Source: Flavobacteriales bacterium (GTDB lineage: Bacteria > Bacteroidota > Bacteroidia > Flavobacteriales > UBA7430). From it: a stretch of 64,000 nucleotides of DNA. The notes beneath the pieces are model-generated. The model was not told where the DNA came from. It did no database searches and worked only from the letters and a program-made list of their open reading frames with translations. Shown here piece by piece: positions 49,299-57,529 of this stretch (position 1 is its first letter; the number at the start of each line of letters is the position of its first letter). The stretch spans positions 52,160 to 116,159 of the forward strand of contig JAKMFX010000012.1 in NCBI GenBank assembly GCA_022425195.1, written 5' to 3'. The position numbers were made by a program, and so were the translations under genes.

Positions 49299-51977
49299 TT
49301 ATTGCTTACTATTTTTGAAATTTTCCACAGCCTCTTTCAATAAGTTTAATTTCTTTTCATAATCTTGATTATCAGGGTTATCTATGATTTGTATTTTTGC
49401 TACTTTATTTAAAGCTTCATTTAGTTTCTGTATTTGGGTGTTGATTTTAATACGATCACTACTCTTTAATGCAATTACCAAATTGGTGATATCATCCATA
49501 TTAACATTCGAATTCTCTTCCTGACCATCCAATTTCTGCATCAATTTATACAATTGAGTGATCAATAACTCAGGTTGACCTTGCTGAAGATTATTTTCTT
49601 CTTCTATAATTATATCATTTTGATCTGCACCTTCGTTTTGGTCTTGCGGATTTTGCGGGTTTTGAATTTTATATTCTTCTTCCTGACTACCTCCTTGATC
49701 ATTTTTAATTAAACATTCATTTATACTCATAACATATTTATTATAGTCATTTATTTGTAAAATAAAGGCTACTTTTTCTCCTTCCAAGATAGATTTAATA
49801 TAAAAATATTGCTGTTTTTCATCATTAGTCTGAAATACTAATCTTAGAAAGCCTTTGCTGGTACCCTCAGGGGTATAGGTTATACTAATTAGAAAATCTA
49901 TATTGCTATTCAACTTTTGAAAATCGTTCACTATTTCTGATTTGATCTGTTCATCAAATTCTACAGGGTTATAAATGTCATTCGATATTGGCACATCCTC
50001 TTCTTGTTTTCCATTTTCCCACTTTCCTACATATATAGTAGAAGCATCTTTGTTAGTCATTTTCCCATGGTCTAGTTTTCCATGTTTCCACCGTCCTACA
50101 TATTTATAACCATTAGCGTAAGTCATTTTCCCTTGACCGTGGGGTTTACCATATTCGAACGCTCCTTCATAAATAGTTCGCTTTCCGTAAGTCGCTTTCC
50201 CTTCACCGTGAGGTTTACAACGTTCCCACTGTCCTTCATAAATAGTTCCAGAATCAAAAGTCATTTTACCTTTACCGTGGGGAAATCCATAGGACAACTG
50301 TCCTTCATATACTCCATTTTTGAAAGTCGCTTTCCCTTGACCGTGGCGAAAGTCATTGGCCCACGCTCCTTCATAAATAACTACACTATTTTTGTTAGTC
50401 ATTTTCCCTTGTCCATGTCTATTCCCATCTTCCCACGCTCCTACATATTTATCTCCATTCTTGTAAAACATTGTCCCTTGACCGTGGGGTTCTTCATTTT
50501 GGTTGACCTCTCCTTCATAAACATTTCCATTTCGGTATTTTTTAGTTGGTGGATTTGGGTCATTATTACCTCCTGGGTTGTTGTTGTTGTTATTGTTGTT
50601 GTTATTACCATCGCCTTGGTTACCACCCCGGTCTTCATTAGGATTATTATCATTTCCTTCTTGACCACCACCTTGTACATTAGATAAATCCTGAGCTTGT
50701 TTCGAGTTTGAATTGGGTTTTTTCTGAGTAGAATAACAACCACCCTTCTCAAAAACCCTTCCCGGTTTTGTCAGATCAATGGCTTCAGCATCCCAATCTT
50801 TGAGGATGTCTGGACATTGGTACGAAAGATCAGCCATCATAATCGCTACTCTGTCTTGAGCATCCAACTGAGCTCCGTTTAGAATTAATTCAGGATGGTT
50901 GTGTTGAAAATAAGACGGAAAAGCATTGGGGTCAATCTCCAAACGCTCACGTATGAATCGATGTACCGAATTTAGCTCTGTATGAAAATGAGTCTCGGCA
51001 TTGCTATTTGACAATATATGTTCTCGTAAGCCGACTCCATCTGAAAGATTTTCCAGTTCCAATAAATCATTATTTATCATTGTGGTAGAGATGTCACTTC
51101 TCGGAGCGTAATAACTTGGCAGCCAATTATATAGTCCTGTTATTAAGGCAAGTGTGATGGGCATGTGCTCTAAACGACTATCAGAGGTAGAAAGAATACG
51201 TAAATCTGTTTTTTCACTGCTGACTTTAGAATCACCTTGCTGCGATTCCTGCGATATAATTTCGGGATGATCGCTTAATAAGTTCGGATGATACTCTGTT
51301 ATTTTTTTAGTTACATAAATTTTTATGTTTGTTTCTATCTTTTCATTTTTCTTCAGTTCGTACAAATACGATCTGAGTAAAACATCATCATTATACTTCT
51401 GTTTTATCTTATGCAAGTAGTCATCCAGTGCAACTTCAAATTCTGTATTGACATTTAAATCGTAAGCTCCCAAAAGAACAAATTCATCATTCGAATCTCC
51501 TTGATCAGTCGGATCATTAAAGTTGAATGAAGCCATATTACAAACTTTATCAGCATCATTACATAGGTAATCGTAATTGCGCTGATAACTGACAGATTCA
51601 TAAGTGTTATCACTCACATTTACGTAAAGGGCATGTTCCCATAAATATTCTTTCAAGGACATTTTATCTTCTGCCTGAAATTTCGAGGGTTCTAAGTCAG
51701 ACTTAGATAAAACGAGTCCGCCCAAATCATCAGAAATAAAATTATTTACTGGCGAGTAGTACACAAAGAAATTCTCGAATACCTCATCTTTATTTGCGAA
51801 TAAACAACTTCCGTTTCCAAAATTATAATGCCCCTCTAACATCAAGTGGTCATGTTCAACCGCAGACATTGAATTTTGATTTACCTGTGCGCATTTATAG
51901 TCATCCCTTCCATCAAAAGATCTGTGAGAATGATATGAACCTACCCGTGCTGTAGACCCAGGGAGATTACTATACAA
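49299..51977 (-). CDS. Large uncharacterised protein with an unknown N-terminal domain, a poly-Asn linker, about 8 MORN repeats and a C-terminal helical/acidic domain (TTG start, or continuation of the upstream ORF)
   Basis: 892-codon ORF with no signal peptide. MORN consensus Y.G.W..G..HG.G repeats 8 times (YEGEVNQNEEPHGQG, YVGAWEDGNRHGQG, YEGAWANDFRHGQG ...). Confidence 0.6.
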   Translation of the reverse strand: MYSNLPGSTARVGSYHSHRSFDGRDDYKCAQVNQNSMSAVEHDHLMLEGHYNFGNGSCLFANKDEVFENFFVYYSPVNNFISDDLGGLVLSKSDLEPSKFQAEDKMSLKEYLWEHALYVNVSDNTYESVSYQRNYDYLCNDADKVCNMASFNFNDPTDQGDSNDEFVLLGAYDLNVNTEFEVALDDYLHKIKQKYNDDVLLRSYLYELKKNEKIETNIKIYVTKKITEYHPNLLSDHPEIISQESQQGDSKVSSEKTDLRILSTSDSRLEHMPITLALITGLYNWLPSYYAPRSDISTTMINNDLLELENLSDGVGLREHILSNSNAETHFHTELNSVHRFIRERLEIDPNAFPSYFQHNHPELILNGAQLDAQDRVAIMMADLSYQCPDILKDWDAEAIDLTKPGRVFEKGGCYSTQKKPNSNSKQAQDLSNVQGGGQEGNDNNPNEDRGGNQGDGNNNNNNNNNNPGGNNDPNPPTKKYRNGNVYEGEVNQNEEPHGQGTMFYKNGDKYVGAWEDGNRHGQGKMTNKNSVVIYEGAWANDFRHGQGKATFKNGVYEGQLSYGFPHGKGKMTFDSGTIYEGQWERCKPHGEGKATYGKRTIYEGAFEYGKPHGQGKMTYANGYKYVGRWKHGKLDHGKMTNKDASTIYVGKWENGKQEEDVPISNDIYNPVEFDEQIKSEIVNDFQKLNSNIDFLISITYTPEGTSKGFLRLVFQTNDEKQQYFYIKSILEGEKVAFILQINDYNKYVMSINECLIKNDQGGSQEEEYKIQNPQNPQDQNEGADQNDIIIEEENNLQQGQPELLITQLYKLMQKLDGQEENSNVNMDDITNLVIALKSSDRIKINTQIQKLNEALNKVAKIQIIDNPDNQDYEKKLNLLKEAVENFKNSKQ
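49985..50519 (-). repeat. Coding tandem array of about 8 MORN repeats (about 69-nt period, degenerate at the DNA level)
   Basis: Repeated protein motif [YF].[NG]G..Y.G.W..G..HG.GK.T read from the translation. Confidence 0.7.
50577..50606 (-). repeat. (AAY)10 trinucleotide tract encoding Asn10
   Basis: gttgttgttgttgttattgttgttgttatt on the plus strand. Confidence 0.9.
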
Positions 51978-51983
51978 CTCATA

Positions 51984-53270
51984 TTACTGACTTGCCCCCA
52001 AATCCAAAACAGATGTACCATCGCCTTTGGTAAAAGAAACTCCAAAGACGCATAGCTCTTTTCCGTTCCTAGTTTCCAAAGATCCCCAGTTTTTTGTTTG
52101 GGGGTGTCTACATAAAAGTGGTTGGCTAAAGTTTAAGCTTTTACCCTTCAAATGTTTATTGGTCGTGGAGATAAAACTTGTTCGAAGGGCTTGCTCTGGA
52201 TCTTTAGTTGTACCCATCAGTTTTTCTTCGATTACCTTATACGAGCTTGCAATAAATGATTTTTGCTCATAAATATAATGGCAGTATTTATTTATAGGTT
52301 CTCCATCCAATATACGTCCTTTAATTTCTTGGCCTCTTTCCGTACCGGTAATAAAGCTTAATGCATCAGTAGTTTCGTCATAATGCGTCGCCAGGCAGGG
52401 ACGATGAGTTCCTGCTACTCCTGCTGATGCCTCTGTAGTTGAGGCTAAGATTCTTCCGCCTGTCGAGGCCTTTCCATCATCCTGTAGTTTTTTCAACAAC
52501 TTGTTTAACTCAATAAGGGCTGCTTCTACTGTGCTTTCTGGCGTTCCATCTCCATCAATATCTGTAGCTGTTACCAAAGCCACTTCGTTAGCTCTTTGAG
52601 AATCGGTAAAAAGGGCTTCTACAGGTACATCTGTTTCTACACTTAAGCCGTTTACTGTTGCTGCGTTATCTACAATATCGTCATTATTTCTATCGTAAGC
52701 CGTTTGTTTCATGTCGCCGGTTTCTTCAAGCATCTGTTGAAGTTGCTCCAGGGCTTCCTGTACGGTTTCTGCTTCTAAGGTATTTAAGGCGTTCACAAGC
52801 ACTTCGGAAGCACTTTGGTCGTCTGTAAAAAGTGCGCCTTCAGGTACTTCTGTTGCTACCCTAAAGCCATTTACTTTTGAGGTGTTTTTGGCATACAAGG
52901 CAAAAGGAACACTTAGTAGCTCGGCGATGCTTGTGAGGCTTTCCCCATCTATGGCAGTCTCTGTTTTTATAAAATAAGGACCGGTTTCCCAGTCGATAGA
53001 GCCAAATTGAGCACCGAGAGCTACACCCGAGCCTATCGTTAAACTCACCAAGCCGTTGGCGTTGGTCTGGGTGGAGTGGGTTTCCACATAAATCGCTGTT
53101 CCTAAATCACTGCCCTGTAAGATGCTCAGCGTTATGTCAAGCTCTTTATCAATCACCAAGACACCTTCTGCATCTCGAATGACAGCTTGATAGCTTACTT
53201 TTTCAGGGGTCTGAGCAAAGGCACTCGTCGTAATGAATAACGCTATGACAACATAAAATAATCTTTTCAT
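51984..53270 (-). CDS. Secreted tail-fibre-like / surface protein with a Bacteroidota-type N-terminal domain and an internal duplication
   Basis: Signal peptide MKRLFYVVIALFITTSAFAQ, then SYQAVIRDAEG...YVETHSTQTNANGLVSLTIGSG...IDWETGPYF. The block VNGxxVxTxVPxxALFTDxQxAxEV occurs twice. The C-terminal third is Cys-containing and unassigned. Confidence 0.5.
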   Translation of the reverse strand: MKRLFYVVIALFITTSAFAQTPEKVSYQAVIRDAEGVLVIDKELDITLSILQGSDLGTAIYVETHSTQTNANGLVSLTIGSGVALGAQFGSIDWETGPYFIKTETAIDGESLTSIAELLSVPFALYAKNTSKVNGFRVATEVPEGALFTDDQSASEVLVNALNTLEAETVQEALEQLQQMLEETGDMKQTAYDRNNDDIVDNAATVNGLSVETDVPVEALFTDSQRANEVALVTATDIDGDGTPESTVEAALIELNKLLKKLQDDGKASTGGRILASTTEASAGVAGTHRPCLATHYDETTDALSFITGTERGQEIKGRILDGEPINKYCHYIYEQKSFIASSYKVIEEKLMGTTKDPEQALRTSFISTTNKHLKGKSLNFSQPLLCRHPQTKNWGSLETRNGKELCVFGVSFTKGDGTSVLDLGASQ

Positions 53271-53276
53271 AATTTC

Positions 53277-55571
53277 TTAGTGTTTAACCATCTTAAATGT
53301 TTTTAAAGTTTCGTTGTTGTAGGCACTAACCTTCAGCATGTAAACAGCTGCAGGTAAATAATCCATAGCAATATCTGTTCGTGCATCGACAACTTCTTTG
53401 CTAGCCAACAAATTCCCCAAAACATCATACAATTGACAATACAACCGTTCCCCTTCACTCAAGCCCTTACTATTTAGGGTCAATAAATTCGTTGACATTT
53501 CTAGGGATGTAGATAGCTCAAGTTCAACGGTTGACTCAATAACTTCTTCGATTTGGGGCGGGGAATCCAAACGAGCCCAATTATGCCAAGAATGAGAACC
53601 ACAATCGAAAGAACCAACCGCTAAATCAACTTCTCCAGTCGTTCCTTGCGTGGTTGACGTTCCCGAAGAAGGGTTACTCACCACGATATGCCAGGAAACT
53701 TCTTGAGGCCAGCCGCCCCCTCCGACACGCATTTTATAACAGCCCTCGGCCAACATCCACGATTCTTCTGCTTCATAACCCGTTGTGAATCCTCTTCCTC
53801 CACGAGCAAAAGAACTGCCAGATTGAGAAATTTCATACGTATTCCCATTCCATCCGTCACCATAAGAATCTTCCATAAACACCTGTACATTGTACAACAT
53901 AGGAGAATTGGACGCATAATTAGGTGAAGAGTCCGACAAAGTAAGGCTACGATTTCCCTCTGTACTTGTTGTTGGGCAAGTGACTGTCAAAGTATAAAAG
54001 CCGGCTAACTCCTGATAACCTTCTATTAAAACGTAATAACTACCCGGTGATAATTCTCTATTCATAATGGCCTGATGGTTACAATCTCCATCATCATCAG
54101 CCGAATACAACTCATTCATGTTTGCATCATAAATTCTCAAATAGGTATCATAATCAGAGCCGCAAGATGAAAATTCATAATCGCCAGTAACATCGGCCTC
54201 AAATCGATAGATGGCTTCCGCAGATGGACCTCCGTAATTGTTTAGGGTTCCTGTAGTCGAACCTGTCACTGACGACCCACAAGTGATCAGGCTTGGAATC
54301 ATACAAGACCCATCAGCATCGGTTGCATTCAAATCGAAATTTAAAGCCGATTGATCCATACACCCTAGTATCTCATCATCATTACAAACGCCATCGTTAT
54401 CGGTATCGTTGTCTACTAAAGTCCCAGAGCCATCAATAGCTCCTGAACATTCATCACATCCATTTGCATAAGTACATGTCCCGGAATCTGTGGCCTGTAA
54501 ATTGTAATTACATGCAACATCATCCTGACAGCCTACAATCTCTAATTCATCACATACGCCATCACCATCTGTATCATTCAAACAAGTACCATTACAATTG
54601 TAGTATACCTCTGCAAATTGACAAGAACCATCTTGATCAGTCGCATTGATATTGTAATTGCATGCATCAATATGGGTACATCCTAATTCCGTCTGCTGTA
54701 CACCATGATGAATACTCGAATGGGTATCATTAAAAATCTGTCCTATGGAATAACTGATTGAAATATCTGATCCGGAATCATCTCCTCCTGCGGAAAGGAG
54801 CGCATTGTTCGTGTTTGACTGCAACGCAGAATTGTAAACATCTTGTGCGTCTGCTGTACAGCTTCCATAGCTTACAACATCTAATACGATGTCAGAATCT
54901 GCTACATCTACAAAACGATCGTTGTAAGTACCTGTGTTACATCCACCAGATATCAAACCTGTAGGATCTTCAAAGCCATCCCAAGTTCCATAGGAGGGCT
55001 GGTTTCTAAATTTGTATAAATGTTGTCCTGGGGGTAACTCTAAAGTTACACTCCATACGTCAGAACCGTTATCGGTCAATAAGTGACCGTCTTGTCCAAA
55101 CGCTCCACCAGCAAGATATACACCGTATGCATTTGTTTCTACAGAACTCATGTCTACCTGGAAAGTTACACTTACGTTTTCTGGTTCTACACCGTTATCA
55201 GCTGTACATGCTGTTCCGCCATACTCATCACATAGTGCAGGGGTAAAGTCTGCATTAAATGCTGAGTAGTTATTTGGATAGAAACACCCTTCTGCATCTG
55301 GAATGTCATCACATGAGCTGTAATCACAGGCGATGTTTCCGTAGTCGTCTAAACCTTGTATCGTTGCCTCTGCGTTGTAGTTGTCTGCATTGACATCCAA
55401 ACAGCCCTGCACTACTGGTGGATCTTCTGTTTCACCGCCATATACAATTTCAGCATAATCAGTATCTGCTGTACCATCAAATGATTCTGCATAAATACAT
55501 CTGACACTACTCACACACAAAATCAATAAAAACATTAAACGAACAATATCCACCTTTCTCATCTCATACAT
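53277..55571 (-). CDS. Multidomain Cys-rich secreted protein with a T9SS type-A C-terminal sorting domain
   Basis: Signal peptide, CBM/Ig-like block (VSVTFQVDMS...VWSVTLELPPGQHLYKFRN), four C..[DA].[NA][YF][ND]..AT..DGSC modules, two TSP3-like DxDxDGxCD loops, a PPC-like block (YRFEADVTGDYEFSS...YLRIYD), a DSYGDGWNG block, and a C-terminal LYDVLGNLL...AAVYMLKV...FKMVKH tail. Confidence 0.65.
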   Translation of the reverse strand: MYEMRKVDIVRLMFLLILCVSSVRCIYAESFDGTADTDYAEIVYGGETEDPPVVQGCLDVNADNYNAEATIQGLDDYGNIACDYSSCDDIPDAEGCFYPNNYSAFNADFTPALCDEYGGTACTADNGVEPENVSVTFQVDMSSVETNAYGVYLAGGAFGQDGHLLTDNGSDVWSVTLELPPGQHLYKFRNQPSYGTWDGFEDPTGLISGGCNTGTYNDRFVDVADSDIVLDVVSYGSCTADAQDVYNSALQSNTNNALLSAGGDDSGSDISISYSIGQIFNDTHSSIHHGVQQTELGCTHIDACNYNINATDQDGSCQFAEVYYNCNGTCLNDTDGDGVCDELEIVGCQDDVACNYNLQATDSGTCTYANGCDECSGAIDGSGTLVDNDTDNDGVCNDDEILGCMDQSALNFDLNATDADGSCMIPSLITCGSSVTGSTTGTLNNYGGPSAEAIYRFEADVTGDYEFSSCGSDYDTYLRIYDANMNELYSADDDGDCNHQAIMNRELSPGSYYVLIEGYQELAGFYTLTVTCPTTSTEGNRSLTLSDSSPNYASNSPMLYNVQVFMEDSYGDGWNGNTYEISQSGSSFARGGRGFTTGYEAEESWMLAEGCYKMRVGGGGWPQEVSWHIVVSNPSSGTSTTQGTTGEVDLAVGSFDCGSHSWHNWARLDSPPQIEEVIESTVELELSTSLEMSTNLLTLNSKGLSEGERLYCQLYDVLGNLLASKEVVDARTDIAMDYLPAAVYMLKVSAYNNETLKTFKMVKH

Positions 55572-55804
55572 TTGTTAATTATTACATTACACAAACGTAA
55601 TCATATAAACCACTAGCAGTCAATAGGTAACATCACTCATATTATAGGTGTTTAAATACTGATCTCAAGAAGATGGGGAGAAAACTACGGATTCAAAAAA
55701 AATCGTATTAAGGAAAAAGTCCAATCATCTTCTTGAAGATTAACAAAGCAATAAATCATTATAAATCTTATGAATCAGAAGAGGACTATAATAATGGATT
55801 TTTT

Positions 55805-56656
55805 TTAAACCATCTGATAGACGAGTGCAACCCAGCTATTTCTTTCACTTTGACGCAATAAGCGCATGCCCATAGAACGGGCTTTTTGATCCATAGAATG
55901 GATATCTGAGGTATAAAAACCACTGAATACAATAATAGATCCGGAACGCATAGAGTTCGCATAGGACTCCATATCATTTAATAAAATATTCCTATTTATA
56001 TTGGCTAAAATGAGATCGTATTCATGATTTTTGAGAAGCTCAGCTCCTCCTTTTTTTACAATCACCTGCGAACACTGGTTGTTGCGAACATTCTCTAAGG
56101 TATTTTGATAAGCCCAGTCATCAATATCAATAGCCGTAATTGAAGAAGCACCTTTCATACAAGCCAATATGGCTAATATTCCTGTACCACACCCCATGTC
56201 TAACACACGTTTGCCACGAACGTCTGTATCCAACAACTGAGCTATCATTTGATGCGTTGTTTCATGATGCCCCGTTCCGAAAGACATTTTAGGCTCAATA
56301 ACAATATCGTAATCTACTGGTTTTTTATCGTGAAAAGGAGCTCTGACAACACAACGCCCCTCAACTTCTATAGGCTTGAAGTTTTTCTCCCATTCGGCAT
56401 TCCAGTTTTGTTGCTCAATGGTTTTTACATCCAATCGAATCTCAAAATCAGGGCTTTTGAGTAGGTATAAGCCTCTTAACGAGGCCTCATCAAAAACGTC
56501 TTCCTGACAGTAGGCTTCAAGACCTTCTTTGGTATTGATAAAACTTTCAAACTCTAAAACACCTAATTCGGCAACCAATATCTCTCTGACCATTTCTGCA
56601 TTAATCTCTGCAGAATCTAGTACTTTGATAGAAAAACTAACTTCAATATAATTCAT
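55805..56656 (-). CDS. prmA: Ribosomal protein L11 methyltransferase
   Basis: FGTGHHETT and the SAM motif VLDMGCGTGILAI. The gene starts 4 nt after tpiA. Confidence 0.9.
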   Translation of the reverse strand: MNYIEVSFSIKVLDSAEINAEMVREILVAELGVLEFESFINTKEGLEAYCQEDVFDEASLRGLYLLKSPDFEIRLDVKTIEQQNWNAEWEKNFKPIEVEGRCVVRAPFHDKKPVDYDIVIEPKMSFGTGHHETTHQMIAQLLDTDVRGKRVLDMGCGTGILAILACMKGASSITAIDIDDWAYQNTLENVRNNQCSQVIVKKGGAELLKNHEYDLILANINRNILLNDMESYANSMRSGSIIVFSGFYTSDIHSMDQKARSMGMRLLRQSERNSWVALVYQMV

Positions 56657-56659
56657 GAT

Positions 56660-57406
56660 TCAGGCATTTACAATGGCGATAAAATCATCGGCATCAAGTG
56701 ATGCACCTCCTATCAAACCTCCATCAACGTCATTTTGCACAAACAACTCTTTTACATTCGATGGGGTACATGAACCTCCATAAAGTATGGAAGTGTCATT
56801 GGCTATGTCAGCTCCGTATTTATTAGATATCGCATTTCTGATGTGGGCATGCATTTCTTGGGCTTGAGTGCTTGTGGCAGTTATTCCTGTCCCAACAGCC
56901 CATATGGGTTCATAACCAATAACAATATTTCTCATGGCATCAGTAGGCAAATGAAACAAACCTTCTGTAAGCTGCTTTGTTATTCTATCTATATGAGCAC
57001 CCGAGTTTCTTTGATCTAAAGTTTCTCCACAACAATAGATCACTTTTAAGCCTTGAGAGAGTGCTGAGCTCACCTTTTTTGCTAATAATGAATTGTCTTC
57101 ACCGTAATAATATCTTCGTTCCGAATGACCAAGAATTACATAATCCAGCCCCAAAGCAGCGAGCATAGATGCTGATACTTCACCCGTATAAGCACCTGAA
57201 ATTTCCTGATGACAATTTTGTGCGGCAACTTTAATGACACTATTTTGGGTGGCATCTACAACAGCATTTAAGTATAAATAAGAGGGGGCCAAGATGACTT
57301 CTTTATCTATAGGGCTCATATTACTGAGAATGGATGAACACAGCTGTTTAGATTGCTCTGGACTGTTGTTCATTTTCCAATTTGCTACAACAATTTGTTT
57401 TCTCAT
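56660..57406 (-). CDS. tpiA: Triose-phosphate isomerase
   Basis: VVANWKMN, ILGHSERR, the AYEPIWAIGTG-type block (GYEPIWAVGTG) and GGASL. Confidence 0.95.
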   Translation of the reverse strand: MRKQIVVANWKMNNSPEQSKQLCSSILSNMSPIDKEVILAPSYLYLNAVVDATQNSVIKVAAQNCHQEISGAYTGEVSASMLAALGLDYVILGHSERRYYYGEDNSLLAKKVSSALSQGLKVIYCCGETLDQRNSGAHIDRITKQLTEGLFHLPTDAMRNIVIGYEPIWAVGTGITATSTQAQEMHAHIRNAISNKYGADIANDTSILYGGSCTPSNVKELFVQNDVDGGLIGGASLDADDFIAIVNA

Positions 57407-57422
57407 TTATCTTATTTTTTTG

Positions 57423-57430
57423 CAAATATA
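57423..57430 (-). promoter_or_regulatory. Candidate -7 promoter box (TAnnTTTG on the minus strand) for tpiA-prmA
   Basis: Plus-strand CAAATATA equals minus-strand TATATTTG, 16 nt upstream of the tpiA ATG. Confidence 0.4.
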
Positions 57431-57529
57431 TATTATCTATTAAGTAATGCAGAAAAAGTGAAAAAAAATCACTTGGTCACATCAGAAGTATTAATCAATT
57501 AATCAATAACGAATGATAACGTAGACTTA

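Noticed and set aside
49985-50519. Periodic ~69-nt repeats that could be mistaken for a CRISPR-like or satellite array
   Set aside because: The repeats are degenerate at the DNA level, lie in one long ORF and translate to MORN motifs. There is no repeat-spacer structure.
50082-50687. 201-aa plus-strand ORF with its own repetitive pattern (FPLTV...), opposite the MORN repeats
   Set aside because: It is an antisense shadow of the MORN/poly-Asn coding repeats. Its periodicity mirrors the minus-strand repeats, and it has no independent start context or terminator.
53268-53279. The 764-codon and 428-codon ORFs are also in the same frame, separated by TAA and 2 codons
   Set aside because: The downstream ORF here starts with a proper ATG followed by a textbook signal peptide, and the upstream ORF ends with a complete T9SS tail. 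This is a normal gene boundary, unlike the junction at 51984.
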